Assembly (NCBI RefSeq): GCF_009914755.1
Contig: NC_060927.1
Reading direction: 5' to 3' (one strand)
DNA length: 64,000 bases
Source of the DNA: the human T2T-CHM13v2.0 reference genome, Homo sapiens
Positions within the stretch are counted from its first letter, which is position 1; the number at the start of each line of letters is the position of its first letter. Under the pieces are notes generated by a model that was not told where the DNA came from, made no database searches, and saw nothing but the letters and a program-made list of their open reading frames with translations. The translations under genes were made by a program, and so were the position numbers. Shown one piece after another: positions 31,139 through 44,770 of this stretch.

Positions 31139-31600
31139 GGTAGGATAAAGTTTGCTGGCGACTCCTCAATATCCATTCTCCCATCCTCTTTAGTCACAGA
31201 ATGCGTCTTCAGCTGGGCATATTGCTACCTTTCCCAATGTCTTTGGCAGTAGGCTGAGGCCACATGCCTAAGGTCTGGCCAGTGATCTTTGAATAGAAGT
31301 GTTAGGTCAGGCACTGTCCTTAAAAGGGAAAGGCATACCTTTCTCCTCTCCTCTACTCTTGCTACCTGGAATGTGATAGCTGGAGCATGGCAGCTGTATT
31401 AGACCCTGAGGACAAGGACCTACTCCAGGTTTGACAAAGAATAGGTCAAGAGAAAACCAGGACTTGATGACCCTGAAGCTGTCATGCCAACCCCGGGCTG
31501 CCTACCTCCAGGTTTCTTTTACCTGGGGTAGAAACGATCTTCAAAGCCACCATTATTTTCCATTTTTCTATTATACACAGCTAAACCTAATTCTAACTGC
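31139..31600 (+). mobile_element. Old MaLR LTR (MLT1I/J-like)
   Basis: ccacatgcctaaggtctggccagtga..gaagt; gctggagcatggcagctgtattagaccctgagg; ends cagctaaacctaattctaactgcta. Confidence 0.7.
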
Positions 31601-32546
31601 TATGCCAATATTTAATGAATGTTTATTGGGTTAGTATATAAAAATGGAAAAGTATGTAAACTTTTAGAAGTTTCTATTGTCCCAGTTAAGTCTATTTTAT
31701 ATGCAGAAACTCAAATGGACATTGTTTGAAAGGGAAAAAAATACACCTAAGGAAAAAAAAAAACTACCATAACTAAATTTGTTATATGAATTTTTCATGG
31801 GAGGAAAAACCCTTACTCAGGACTCTGGATGGCTGAAATGTGCAGCAGCGAATCTTTTCTGTAGATCACAAAAACCAGACGCTGTCCTATGTACTTCTCC
31901 CCAAAACAGATTCATTATGGCTCGTTGTTGCACTCTGCTTCTAGTGGGCATTTGCCATATGGCTTGGCAGTTTAATGATTTTCTGATACTTGACAAAAAT
32001 GAAGCACAATTATTTTGCAAGGAGCTTGCGTTCCTAGATGGGTCTTTTCCAAATAACAGCTGTGCCTCGAAATTGAGTTACTCAATTTGCAATTTGTGGA
32101 CACAATACTCAAACATTTACAAGTGAGCAAAACCTCAAATCACTTGGGCTATTTCCAGGCATCAGAGTTTATGAAGTTTTTAGCAATGTTATGAGTGTGC
32201 AGCTGTCAACAAACTCAAGCCAGCATCTCTGAACCTCCAGACCCTGCAGGCAGCAATGATGTCCTACTTATCAATAGGCCATGTGGAATTGACTACAAAC
32301 CTGTGGGACAGAAAGAACATGAGGGCAAGAAGCCTCACTCCCAAAGTCCACAGACTAAATCTCTATTACTTTCTTTCCATGTCCTACTACATTTGTGTAG
32401 GTGATGTCCAAATCTACAGCTCTAGACTTGACCCTGCTTATGGGCCCCTAAAGGTACACAGACGTCTGCCTGACACTGGCTTGATGACAAGACAGACATG
32501 GAATCAAAGCCAACAAGTACTTTCTAACCGAGTTACCTTGATTAAG

Positions 32547-32900
32547 TGTATGAGTCAGGAGAGGCCAGGTAAGCTGCACTAACAAACAACCTTAATCTTA
32601 GTGGCTTAAAACAATAAAGGTTTATTTCATGTTAATAATTCATACCCATTCCACACCAGTTGAGGGCTCTGCTCTGTGTTATCTTTGTCCCTCAATCCAT
32701 GACTCAAGATGATAGACCAGCCACTACATGGAATGCAGTTAGTAGCAATAGTAGAGAAAAAGAAGGCTCTGGAAAGTCCCTCACCAGCAACTTTACGCTT
32801 GGCCCCAAATTGCCACATGTCACCTCTATAGATCCCACACAACTATAGTGAGCTAGAAAGTACAACTGGTCTCTATGTGCTGAAGGTGGAAAGCCAGAAA
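32547..32900 (-). mobile_element. Old MaLR LTR (MLT1-like)
   Basis: aagctgcactaacaaacaacc..tcttagtggcttaaaacaataaaggtttatttc. Confidence 0.7.
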
Positions 32901-33379
32901 TATCTGGCAAATAGCCTTGTGCTTACTATATGATTTAATTGGTCAGTCTCAGCCTTAGTGAACCATATGGAAAATGGAGATTTTGGCCTCACTCTACCTC
33001 TCCTACTTGTCTCCCACCCACCTTCTCTATTCCTTACAAGTACTCCATATCATCGCCAAGCTGGGATCATCTACCATTCTCTAATGTGTCTTCTGCATGT
33101 TCCTGCTTCTTGGGCCTCTGTTTATGCCATTTCCTAGTGCTAGAATGTTCTCTTCCATGCCAACTCTCCTGTAGAGCTTCCTGCAAGGCCCACCTGGAAG
33201 TCAGAGCTCCCTCCTCTAACCTTGAAAAGGTGACATAGTATAGTTGTCTATATATAAATATTTTTAGTCTATATTTTGTAGCCTCCATTCTTTCCTTGCA
33301 TAGCACACTGTAAATCCCTGAGGGCAGGGATCCCACTGGGTCTAATGCAGAGTGGAAGGTGACTAAAAGAGATATTTAC

Positions 33380-33479
33380 CTTATTAATTGGGAGACAAGG
33401 CAAGAGTGAAAAGCAGATCAGAGTGGGAGCCAGGGAGCAGCAGTCCGCTTCATGGCAGGATCTAGGCTGAAGCAGGTAG
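33380..33479 (-). other. NMNAT3: NMNAT3 upstream (nominally 5' UTR) exon, 100 nt
   Basis: Acceptor TATTTCTTCCACAG|CTACC at 33480/33479 and donor AATAAG|GTAAAT at 33380/33379, in unique sequence. Size and spacing fit my recollection of the NMNAT3 gene model, which I have not verified. Confidence 0.8.
33418..33453 (-). CDS. Upstream ORF, 11 aa (MKRTAAPWLPL*)
   Basis: GCC ATG AAG CGG ACT GCT GCT CCC TGG CTC CCA CTC TGA; purine at -3 of the ATG; lies wholly inside the 100-nt exon. Confidence 0.7.
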   Translation of the reverse strand: MKRTAAPWLPL

Positions 33480-33959
33480 CTGTGGAAGAAATATTCCCCA
33501 AGTCAAAACAGCAGAGCCCCAGGTTTGTCCACCCTCCCATCCCCATTACTGCCTTCAAAATGTGGTACTTCTCCTTTGCCCAGTTTGCTTTACCTCTTCA
33601 GAATTTCTGCATCCTAATCTGGGGTGTCAGTTCCCTTCCAAACTTAAATTTTGTTTTAACCCCATAAGTTGTATCTGCTGCCTTGGCTGAGCCCCATCCA
33701 AGGACCCTGATTCCTGATTCCCACCTTAGTGGTAATATTTGATTCCTCTATTCTCTCCCTGCCTCTGCCCATACCCAACCTGGGGTCCATCCCAAGGCCC
33801 CCACTCCAGTCTAACAGTGGGCAATATGCCACATTTAGTGTTGGGAAAGCATCCTATGCCATCTGCTACCCTGGGGGCTTCCCTGTGTATCAGGAAAATG
33901 CAGGAGCAATTGTTCGTAATGACATCAGGGGACAGCATCATGGCCCTTCTAGTGCCCAA

Positions 33960-34700
33960 ATCACAAAACTGGCAGCCATGTGGCTCATCTCCGTCCCTTG
34001 ACTTGAGAGTCTGTCAGTCCCACCTCTGTAATATCTTTATTGCTCATCCCTCTCTCAAACTCCATAGTCCCTGCCTTAGATTGGGACTCATTATTTCTCA
34101 ATTGGATCTGAATGCACTCCTAGCCTGTCTTTTTTCCAGTCTCACCTCTGATCCATCCTCTGCGTAGCTGCCCAAGGGATCTGTCAACACACACATCAAC
34201 ATGCTGATTCCCTGCTTAATCCCTTCCCCACCAGTTTCACTCTGGATAATGTTGAAATTCTTCAGGTGTCATCCAGAGCCCCTAATCTGGTCATGACCTT
34301 TTCTCCCAAGCCTTGCTACTTACCCTCCAACCCCCTCCCTATGGCTGCTCTGTCAAACTGCCTTTCATCCTGTCCTGAGTGCTCACTCACTCTCACCTAT
34401 TTATGCCAGGCTAATAGCTACATCATTTAGACTTTTACCTCCTCTACAAAGCTGTCAATGCCTATTCCTTCCAAGCTAAGTTGGGTCTTCTCCTCTGCCT
34501 TCCACATCCCCTTAGAACTTTCTCTCTTACATCTCATCCCATTCTACCTTACTCTCTATTCATCACCTATCCATCTGACTGGAGAGTGAGCTTCTTGAGG
34601 GCAAAGAATGTGTTTTATTTTTGTATCCTACACTCCAAGCATAGGGTCTTGCTCAGAGTAGGTGTAAAACGTGTGTGGAATAATCAAATTGAATGTATGG
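33960..34700 (+). mobile_element. L2 3' region
   Basis: cacctctgtaatatct..; gactggagagtgagcttcttgagggcaaagaatgtgttttatt..gagtaggtg. Confidence 0.7.
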
Positions 34701-34721
34701 ATGAGGTCAAAACAAAGACAA

Positions 34722-35237
34722 CGTTGGGAGGCAGTTCTCCATGGGTTGCTTATGTTTCTGCATGTCTTTCAAGTAAGGCATTGGCTGCTGATTGTTCTGG
34801 ACTTTCTTTCACAGATATTTGAATAGCTAACAGCAGCCTTGGAAGACTGATATTGTCTCCTGCTGGGACAAAGGCAGGCAGAGTTACTGTCCAGTATAAT
34901 GAAGATGATGTCCTTCTTTGGAGCAAAAGACAGGCATGTTTATTGTCCCTGATAAAATATCTGGGTTCCTGAAGCCCAGGGATCTTCTCCCATAACACAA
35001 TCCACTGCAAGTATGGGTATCATGTGGCCATCTTCACATCCTCCTGTGGGAATTGTAGCTCAGAAAATGGCACAAGAAAATGCTGACATCTGGCTACTGC
35101 TGTTGCCATGAGTAATAAAGTCTTTTGTCTCCGAGGGAGAAGTCTCATGTCTTCTGCCAGCATCCATGAAACTGTGGCAGGTTAACTTGTTAGCTTGCAA
35201 GTAGGGTAAAATTTCAGACCCTTTATGGTTCTTTACA
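34722..35237 (+). mobile_element. ERVL solo LTR (LTR40-like)
   Basis: Starts cGTTGGGAGGCAGTTCTCCATGGG; AATAAA near 35115; ends ..catccatgaaactgtggcagg..gtagggtaaaatttcagaccc..ttaCA; TSD-like GACAA/GACAG. Confidence 0.85.
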
Positions 35238-37202
35238 GACAGCAGAGTCAATTCTGGAGTTCCCCTAGTGAACCAGGAAATACCACAGAGGGACAGACAA
35301 TTGAGAAGAGAAAGATGCTGAGGAGATACTAGAGGTCATGAGGCCCTGACCACACTCCTTCCATATATAATACAATTTATTTCCATCAGAAAGAAACTCA
35401 GATAAAAGTGACTGTCTACATGGCCACAGTCCAGCTGTCTTCACATGGAAACAGAATCAGAAGAACCCCTTCCCAGTGAGGTGGGACAGTGCATGGTGGG
35501 ACTCTGTAGTCCCATGCACCAGCAGGACAGGTTTTCTGAAACTGTGCATGCATAAGGGTCCTAGGAACATGCTAGTAGAAATGGTACCATGACCATCAGT
35601 ATGGGTGGTGGATTCCAGTCAACAGAAGGAGGTCACACAGAAGGGGCTAGTGTCCCAGTGTCTGCCCTGTGCCTGAGTGGGCAAAAGCAGCCTGATTGGG
35701 GGAAAACTCAGGAGATCAGCCAGGCTGCTTTCTGGTTTTAAGAAATGAAGATTCTGGTAAAGGAGAAAGAAAAATTGCTGAGGAATATAGGGTGACAGTT
35801 GTCTCCCCTATGCTACTCAGCCTTGTCCTTAAGTTCTCACATCCTCTTAGGACCAGCCCTAAAATGTAATCTAAAAATCCTAATAAAAAAGGCCACTTTG
35901 TTTTAGCTTGTTTGTTCATTCATTCACTCAAAAAGAAAACAAGCTGCCATTACTACCAACTTCCTCAAGGTAATAGGATGACAATAGGATCCTGAAATAT
36001 CTGGGAAGGGTGGAAACTTGGCCAGGCTCTCCATGAAGGCTGAACAGGCCAGTGGATGCTCTATGAATCACAGTTGGGAGGTGCAGGCAAGAGACATGAT
36101 GCCCAAGAAGAGCTGTTCACCTGATACTTTCACTGGGTACAACATAACCAAGTCCAGAGCCATTCTCTCCAATTTCGTGTAATATAACTTCCTCCTAGAA
36201 ATTATAAGCCAAGCAGCCCAGCTTCTCTTCTTTACTGAGCTATGAGCAGACTGCCATGGTGATAAGCAGATAACTGCAAATCTAGGCAGGGATCTATGAA
36301 GTCAGAGCAGGCCTGAGTCAGATTTGAGGCTGTGATTAATTAAAAATTTTAACTGAGTTCATCCAACATATATTTAATGGTATGCATAATCGCTATTGTG
36401 TTGGCTAGAAATTAGGCCAGAACGGTAGGCAGTTCATAAGTAACAACTGTAGTCTCTATGATTCTTAAGCTGACAAACTGTCTTGTTTCTTCCTGCACTT
36501 ATTGCTTCAGAATCCACAACTACAACTGGCAGAACATGTCCTGTCCATGTTCCCACCAAAGCCTATGCATAGGTTAACAAGTGTCAAGAAGCTTGACACA
36601 TTTGCCAGCAAGTTATACACAAACCTCCAGCTAACCCCATACCAGGCTCCCTCCCACAAAATGAGGACTTGTTGATTTTCCTTACTGTGTGTGAATTTAA
36701 AAATCAGCAAAAGCTTAATTTGCTTCTGTGATTTCCAAAGAACTAACGTATTGATCTGCTATGCTACGTCTTAGCTGATGGCTCTTTTTCTAGGCCATTG
36801 TGATACATGTTGATCTACGAGTGTGCATGCCACAAGCACAGCATTTTCTATAGTTGGAACAGAGAGGCTGTCCAGAGGATAGGAAAGCAAGGGCCTGGCC
36901 CCAGGGGACCAGTCATATCCCTGGGCCTCAAGGTCAACAGGCAGAGCTAGAATATAGTTAGGCCAGAGGAACTAAAGAACACTCCATTCTCAGAGGTTGG
37001 GATAAAGCCCAAGGAGGACATATGAAGGTAACAACCCCAAAATTAAGGCAGTGAAGCTTCAGCCCACAGACATCCAACTCATGAGAATTCACCTGTATGT
37101 GCTGGACTCAATAAATAAAATAATAATTTACATATAAAATAAAATGTAGGCTGACATGAAATGATTTACGCTGTCTTCCATGAGCAGATGTTCCAGAGCA
37201 AG

Positions 37203-37712
37203 TGTGATATAGCCCAGGAGAATCTGCTGGTCCTTCTTGCAGCACAGCAATTCCCTTTTCTTCTGGCTAACAAACACCAATTTTATTTTGCTTCAGGGGA
37301 TAAGAGGCATGAGAACCATAGCACCACACCTACCATGGAAGTCTCAAGCTCTTTGCTAGTGATTGGTTAGGCATGGGCATGTGATCTAGTTCTGGCCAAT
37401 GAGATGCAAAAGAAAGTACCTGGAGATCAGGAAATATTCTCCCAGATGATGAAAGAGCACTGATGAGAAAGCCCCTTTTCTGTCTCTTCTTTCCCTCCCT
37501 CCCCTGGACACTGTGGTGTAGGGATATGATGCTTGGGGCTGCTACAGCCCTCCTAGGACTACAAAGGGAAGGCCTAGAGAACTATATTAACCTTGTGCAG
37601 TATTACTTTTCTCCAGACTTATTATTATATAAACTGCTAAAATATCTTTATTGCTAAAGCGCCTGCTGATCAGGTGTTCAGTGGCGTGTGGCCCAAAGCA
37701 TCCAAAGAGATA
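37203..37712 (+). mobile_element. Old MaLR LTR (MLT1H/I/J-like)
   Basis: gattggttaggcatgggcatgtgatctagttctggccaatgagatg; gatgcttggggctgctacagcc. Confidence 0.75.
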
Positions 37713-38429
37713 TACCTCAAGAGGCCTCAGTTCTTGCCTTTCTCTAATGGTGTGTACACTTTCATGGGCCAAATGTGATCCTAGTGTGCAAAGATAAGTA
37801 TCTTCTGCATAATGTGGTCTCTAAAATCAAGGAAGCAACTTCATGTGGGTTGCAGTTGAAGAGAGACTGCACCTGTGCCTGAGGAGGCCTTGGTGTATGG
37901 GGCCTAGGAAAGGATGATATGTTGAGCCCCACTGTGGCGCTGCCCTGGGAACTTTTCAGAAACACTTTTGAATGAACATTATTTTTGGTTGGCACTGTGA
38001 CCTGAGAACTTAACCTCAGGGTAAGCTGCCTCCAGAACCTCTTAACAGACCCCTCTGGACTGCATCCAGTGTCCCATGGGCACCATGGGGACATTGATGA
38101 GGGCAGCCCTGCATCTGGTAGAATGGTCTCCACATTCTTGATGGCTCCACAGTGGGGCTTCCTTCATTGTGGTGTCCTGACTCCCCCTCTTCAGAGGGTG
38201 AGGAAGCCCTGCTTTTCCTGCATTAGTGCTGGCTGCTTCCCTCCTGTAATTTATGGTCTGACACAGCCTGGTGACTTAAAAAACCTGAATGTACCCTGCA
38301 CTCTGACACCTCCATGCCTTTGATCCTGCTGGGCCCTCTGCCTAGAATGTCCTTTCCATCCATTTCTGTCTATTAAATTTTGCCCCCCAACACTCAGCCT
38401 ATATAAGGCTGTCCATAAAAGGTCTTCTT

Positions 38430-39315
38430 TACTCAACAACAAAAACAAACAACCCAATTAAAAAGTGGGCAAAGGACTTGAGTAGACATTTCTTTAAAGA
38501 AAACATATGAATGGCCAAGAAGCACATGAAAAGATTCTCAACATCCCTAATAACTAGGGAAATAAATTCAAAACCACAATGAGAAACCACGTCCTGTTAG
38601 AATGACTGTTAACTGAAAAATAGAAAATACCAAGTGTTGCAAGAATGTGGAGAAATGGGAACCCCCGTGCATTGTTGGTGGGAATGTAAAATGCTGCAGC
38701 TGCTATAGAAAACAGTATGGAGGTTCCTTAAAAGATTAAAATAGAATTGCCATATGATCCAGGAATTCCACTTCTAAGTATATACTCAAAAGAATTAAAA
38801 ACAGTGATACAAACAGATATTTGTACACCCATATTCACAGCAGCATTATTCACAGTAGCCAGAAGGTGGAAGGAAACCAAGTGTCCATTAACGGAAGAAT
38901 GGATCAACAAAATGAATGGAAAAACAAAATATACGTTGCATGTATATAATAAAATATTATTTAGCCTTACAAGGAAGGCAATTCTGACATATGCTACCAT
39001 ATAGATGAATCTTAAGGACATCATGCTAAGTAAAAATAAGCCAGTCACAAAAGAACAACTATTGAATAATTCCACTTACATGAGGTACCTACAACAGTTA
39101 AATTAATAAGATAAAGTAGAATGGCGGTGCCGGGGGTGGGAGGAGAGGGGGAAGGAACACTTATTGTTTAATAGGTATAGACTTTTAGTTTTGCGAGGTA
39201 AGTTCTGAAGATTGCTTGCACAACAACATCAATGCATTTATTACACACTTAAAAATGGTGAAGATGGTAAATTTTATATTATGTGTATTTTATCACAATT
39301 AAACATTTAAAATTA
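38430..39315 (+). mobile_element. L1MB-type 3' fragment
   Basis: ORF 38747-39004 [39 protein letters not shown]; 3' UTR ends tgtattttatcacaattaaa. Confidence 0.92.
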
Positions 39316-40338
39316 AAGGTCTCCTTGTTAAGCCTTCTCTGATGCCAGGCTTCAATGCCATTGCATTGCTTGTCAACCTCTGCCTTGATTCCTTGTTTTC
39401 TGTTCTATCAGGATTGTCTTGAGATTTACCCAGTTGCCTATACCAAGAGAATCACACATAAATAGTACCAGAGATCTGATAGAACTATATTCCTAACATC
39501 AATCCCATCTCATCCCATCTAGGGCATTTCAATTATGTAAGCCAACAAATACCCTTTTTATCATTAAGTCAATTTTAGTTGGTGTGACAGCTGCAACCAA
39601 CATCAACCTAATTGATAACACATTTGGCCTGAAATAAAAGAACACTAACAATAAGGAAAAGACCTCTGAGATTTCTAGGGAATAGGAAAAAATTCACAAA
39701 AGAATGCAAATAAGACTGGCATGCATCTGACCTCTTATTTGCAACACTGCATGCAAAAATACAATGAACAATACCAGCATACTGAGAGAAAACAACTTTA
39801 AATCTAGACCATCATTTAAGTACAGGAATAGAATAAATACACTTTAAAATATGAAAGGACCCAAAGTTTACCACTCAGTCACTCTAAGAAGTTCTTTGAG
39901 GATGTGTTCCAGCAAAACAAGGAAGAAAAACAACCTAAGTAGAGGTAATTTAACCCTGGAGAAAGGTGAACCTAGAATGATAGTTGTATAGGCTGAGGAG
40001 TAAGAGCTGAGGGCAGAGTGTGAAAATGTGGAGCTCTAAGAAAAAAGGACCATAAATAACATGGTCCAAAAATAATGTAAATTAAAATGGGACATAATTT
40101 TAACTCCTTGATGGAATATGAGAAAAAAGTTAATTTGACTCCCATATTAGGAATTTCTCTTTGAGTGATCCAGGGACACTTGACCCAGGAGTGAACACAT
40201 ACGTGGTCATAATAATGTAAATCCTATTTAATGGTGTTCAACTTTTAGAGTCAATCTAGTGAAAAGACACAGAAGGCTTGTAATCACAGAATAGAAAGGT
40301 AATGTTATCAACATTGGCAATGTAAGAATACAGCTCGC

Positions 40339-40720
<382 letters not shown>

Positions 40721-40789
40721 CTAGATACTGATTAAAGTTGATGAATGAGAGGCACAGATTTGTTGTGAATAACAAATGTGGGGGAAAAT

Positions 40790-41270
40790 AATGCCTTAGA
40801 CAAAACAGGGCCTAAACTTGTCTCTCATAAAATGAAGATGAGGAAGATAGGCAGTTTAGGGTTAGGGCAGCAGCTCTGATGTCACCAATTTGCCAGGATC
40901 CCTCTAGATTTTTTTCTCTGTTATTCTTAGAACATGACTTCCAGCTACCCTCAAGATTATCTCATGGTCGCATGACCGCTGTTGCAGCTCCAGCCATCAT
41001 ACCTGTGCTCCAGGTAAGAAGAAGAAAGAGAGGAGAAGGGTAAAGGGAACCTACCTGCTGAGTCAGTCCCCTTTATAAGGAGTTTTCCTACCCAACAATT
41101 TCTGCTTACATCTCACTGGCCAGAACACTGTAACAAGGCAAACTATCACAAGGAAAACTGAGGAGTATAGTTTTTTTTGATGGCACATTGTTGCTCTCAA
41201 CAAAATTGGGTTTGTTTTAATAAGGAAGAAGGGAGAAACAGATATTGGATAGGCAAACTGGCCATTTGTG
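40790..41270 (-). mobile_element. Old MaLR LTR (MLT1K/L-like)
   Basis: gctgttgcagctccagccatca; ttctgcttacatctcactggccagaac; gatattggataggcaa. Confidence 0.7.
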
Positions 41271-42842
41271 ACTCAAGCGATAAAAATGTATTATTCAAGT
41301 AAAAATGTATCCAATTAAAGAATAAACATTGTAATAGAATCATCAAAAGTGAGAGGAAAGAGGAAGGGTAGGGTGCAGAGAATATAAATGAGTTAAATCT
41401 TTATTTTTTCATAATGGGACTCAGTGGCATACAATTTAAAGTTGCTTTTAACTTCCAAAATAAAGACTCAAAAGGCTAAAGCAACTTGCCTTTGGGATGT
41501 AGGTGGGGTGGGGGCAGTAGGGACAGAGCTGCAACTTTTCATTGAATGCTCTTCTATACTACTTGAGTTTTAAAAAACCATGTGCAGATTTGGTTGTGAT
41601 TTAAAAGTATCAGTGTTTAGTGTTATGTTGAGAAGCCAAGCACCACTATGTTTCCTTTACAATCTGGTTCTGTGGTGGACATTTTGGTATGTTTTTAAAC
41701 CACCATCACTGGCTTAGAAAGTGACAAAACTTAGCCATGGTCTGGGATTTATTTTACTTCTTTCAATTGATTTGTTATCTTTTAAACTTTAGCCATTCAC
41801 ATTCAATAGTTTTTTATAAGACAGTCTGTGGCAGATGCATTCCCCCTGTTTCAGGTGGGGCAGTCCACGTAGGCCCCATCCTCTGTCTGAAATGAGGCAA
41901 CCAACATCTCCCCACAATCATTCCCCTGAGCCACTCCCATTTGCCCACAGACCTCTCTGCAGGGAAGTATGTTCTCTACCTGCCTGGTCTGCACTCTCAA
42001 ATCACTGTCCTAATGTCTCTATAATATATTAACAGGCAATGGCCAAAGGGAGTTCTGCTGAAATAGGCAGCAGTTTGGGCCATTTTGGACTAAATCCTAG
42101 AATGCACATGATAATGCTGAGCGATGCAGTTTAATTTATGAGCATGCAGGCCTGCTATGAAATTGGGAAATGGAGGTATTAGACATTAGCATTCACATGG
42201 CAAGGGGAGGGCCAAGTCCAAAACCGTAATAGGCTTTTTGCAGGGAGGACTGAAGAGTTTGAAGCAGGAGACATAATGTCAGTTAAATGTACGCTCACGA
42301 ACCTTATCCTTGTATTTGAATGCTGCTAAATGCCTAAGCAGTGTGCACTTCTCCTGGCCTTATGCCCTTAATATTGCCTAGCACAATTCTTTATTTTGAA
42401 CAGGAGTGGAACACCTGTATGCACATCTGGGAAGATTTAAAAAATGTATGGCATGGGTTTGGTTTGATCTGCAGGAAAGAAGGTATAATAGATAGCTTCT
42501 CAATTTCCTTCTAGCTAGGGCATATAAACTTTCATACAGCTAAATATTTCCAAATTGAAAAATGAAGACGGGCACGTTTGTAATTTCACTCATTACAGTT
42601 GTGCATGCAATTCATGCCACACAGTCTCCAATTTAAGAAGCTTGTAAGCCAGAGATTTTCTGTCTGACCTTGACTCTGGCACTTCACCTTTCTAGCTAAG
42701 TTTTCAATGTACAGAGCAAAATAACATCTATTTCTGCCTCCCTTATGAATAAAAATACATTCTCCCAAATGGTTCAAAGGAAATATCAAATGTGCCCCAG
42801 CAGTAAAATATATTGGAAAGGAGGTCAACAACTCCATCAAAC

Positions 42843-43310
42843 TAGGTTGAATAATGTCCCCCAAAGATGTCAGGTCCTAATCCCTAGAACCTGTAAATGT
42901 TACTTTACTTGGAAAAAGGGTCATTGCAGATGTGATTAAGAATCTTGAGAAGAGGGAGTGCTAAATGCAATCACATGTATCCTTATAAAAGGGAGGTAAG
43001 GGGAGTTTTGACACACAGAGAGGCCATTTGAAGATGGAAGAGGGAAATTTGAAGATGCTGGCCTTGAAGTTTGGAGGGGTGCAGTGACAAGACAAGGAAT
43101 GCTGGCAGCCACCAGAACCTGGACTCAGCAAGGAACAAATTTCTCCCTTGAGCCTCTGAACTGAATGCAGCCCTGCTGATGCCTTGGTTTTGGCTCAGGG
43201 ATACTGATTTCGAACTTTTGGCCTCCAAAATTGTGAGAAAATAAATTTCCTTTGTTTTAAACTACCAAGTTTATGGTAATTTGTTACAGCAGCCACAGAA
43301 AACTAATACA
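42843..43310 (+). mobile_element. MLT1C-like solo LTR
   Basis: ggttgaataatgtcccccaaagatgtcaggtcctaatccctagaacctgt.. to ..acagcagccacagaaaactaatACA. Confidence 0.9.
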
Positions 43311-43450
43311 CTCACAGACACGTTGGAAGGAAGAGTTTCAGTTTGTACAAAAGCTATCCCCCAGATTCTATGGTTCTTTGATGATATTTGGCTGAATTCA
43401 ACTTCCTGCCTGCAGCAAGTGGAATAGGAGAGGGTTGAATGCAAGTGTAG

Positions 43451-43809
43451 TGATATGGTTTGGCTGTGGTCCCCACCCACATCTTATCTTGAATTGTAAT
43501 CACCACATGTTGAGGGAGGGATCTGGTGGGAGGTGAGTGGATCCTGGGGGGGTTTTCCCTACGTTGTCCTTGTGATAGTGGGAGAGTTCTCACAAGATCT
43601 GATCATTTAAAAGTGGCTGTTTCCTCTGTGTTCTCTCTCACCTGCTGCCATGTAAGACGTGCCTTGCTTCCCCTTTGCCTTCTGCCATGATTGTAAGTTT
43701 CCTGAGGCCTCCTCAGCCATGTGGAGCTGTGAGTCAATTAAACCCCTTTTCTTTATAAATTACCCAGTCTCAGGTATTCTTTATAGCAGTGTGAAAATGG
43801 ACTGATATA
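43451..43809 (+). mobile_element. THE1/MST-family solo LTR (THE1D-like)
   Basis: TGATATGGTTTGGCTGTG..cttctgccatgattgtaagtttcctgaggcctcc..ctgtgagtcaattaaacc; perfect TSD TGTAG (43446-43450, 43810-43814). Confidence 0.93.
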
Positions 43810-44079
43810 TGTAGGTTAAGAAAAGCAGGCAGCCAACTCCCAGTTCTGGGCAGCGTCCCCTCCTGAAGCAGGAGGCTGAAGGCATGAGAAAAAAATGCTT
43901 AGTTCTTAAAGCAAACATGTGAACAGATTAAGTATGAAGGGGCAGGTAATTAGAGGGGAACCAAGGATTTAAGAAACTTTCTATAAATTAACCTCATAGT
44001 TTCGATAGGGATGTGTAGGCATGTACATGTGTTGGAGAAACATATCTTCAAACAAATAGTTTAATTATTAATAAACATG

Positions 44080-44560
44080 GCCAGATACCTGCAAACATAT
44101 GTCATCAGACTGTCCTCTGAAGGTTTATCTGCAATAGTGAAAAATTAGAGACCCCACTGTCTACCAACAAGGGAATGGTTACATTCCATGTAATACTATG
44201 CAGCTATTAAAAAGAGTGACGTACTTCTACATATACCGATGTGGGAGATTATTGAGTAAATACTGGTAAAAAAATGTAAGTTGCAGACAATATTATAGTA
44301 TTTTCTCACATGGTTTAAACAAAGCAATCTGTGTTATAATATACAGAAACTATATATATGTACACCTAGATATGTTTATGAATTTGTTGGATGGGTACAC
44401 ATCAAATAAGAAGTCATTACTTTCAAAGGAAGGAGTAGGGTTGTTGAGGGGGTGGTAAGAAGAGTGGACAGACTTGGGCTTTATTAGTATTACTTTATAC
44501 TAATGCACTTTTTCCCTAAGCATGTATTCTTTTTTGTAATTTTAGGAATCAAAAAAGATG
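44080..44560 (+). mobile_element. L1ME-like 3' remnant
   Basis: gcaatagtgaaaaattagagac..aatactatgcagctattaaaaaga. Confidence 0.6.
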
Positions 44561-44739
44561 AAAATGCAATAAAGATACACTATGAGAACCTTGTTTTGAA
44601 TGATGTCTGGCAAACAGTGGCGACCCTCAGTAATTGTGTGCTCAGTGAAGGGCTATGCAGGAGATGGTCTTTAAAGATTGCCTGTGGTTTCTGGAAGTTT
44701 CCTGTAACCCAGCTAATGTTGCAGGATGGCAAGCAAAGA

Positions 44740-44770
44740 AAACAAACAAACAAACAAACAAACAAAAAAA
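44740..44770 (+). repeat. (AAAC)n microsatellite
   Basis: About six AAAC units. Confidence 0.9.

Noticed and set aside
33418-33420. Selenocysteine or programmed readthrough at the uORF TGA
   Set aside because: The context is TGA-TCT, not the TGA-CTAG readthrough motif, and no SECIS can be assessed in this window; kept only as a hypothesis to test.
41056-41066. ARE/MARE-like TGCTGAGTCAG (and GTGACTCAGC at 61708-61717)
   Set aside because: Short motifs inside old MLT1 LTRs, expected by chance, with no supporting context.
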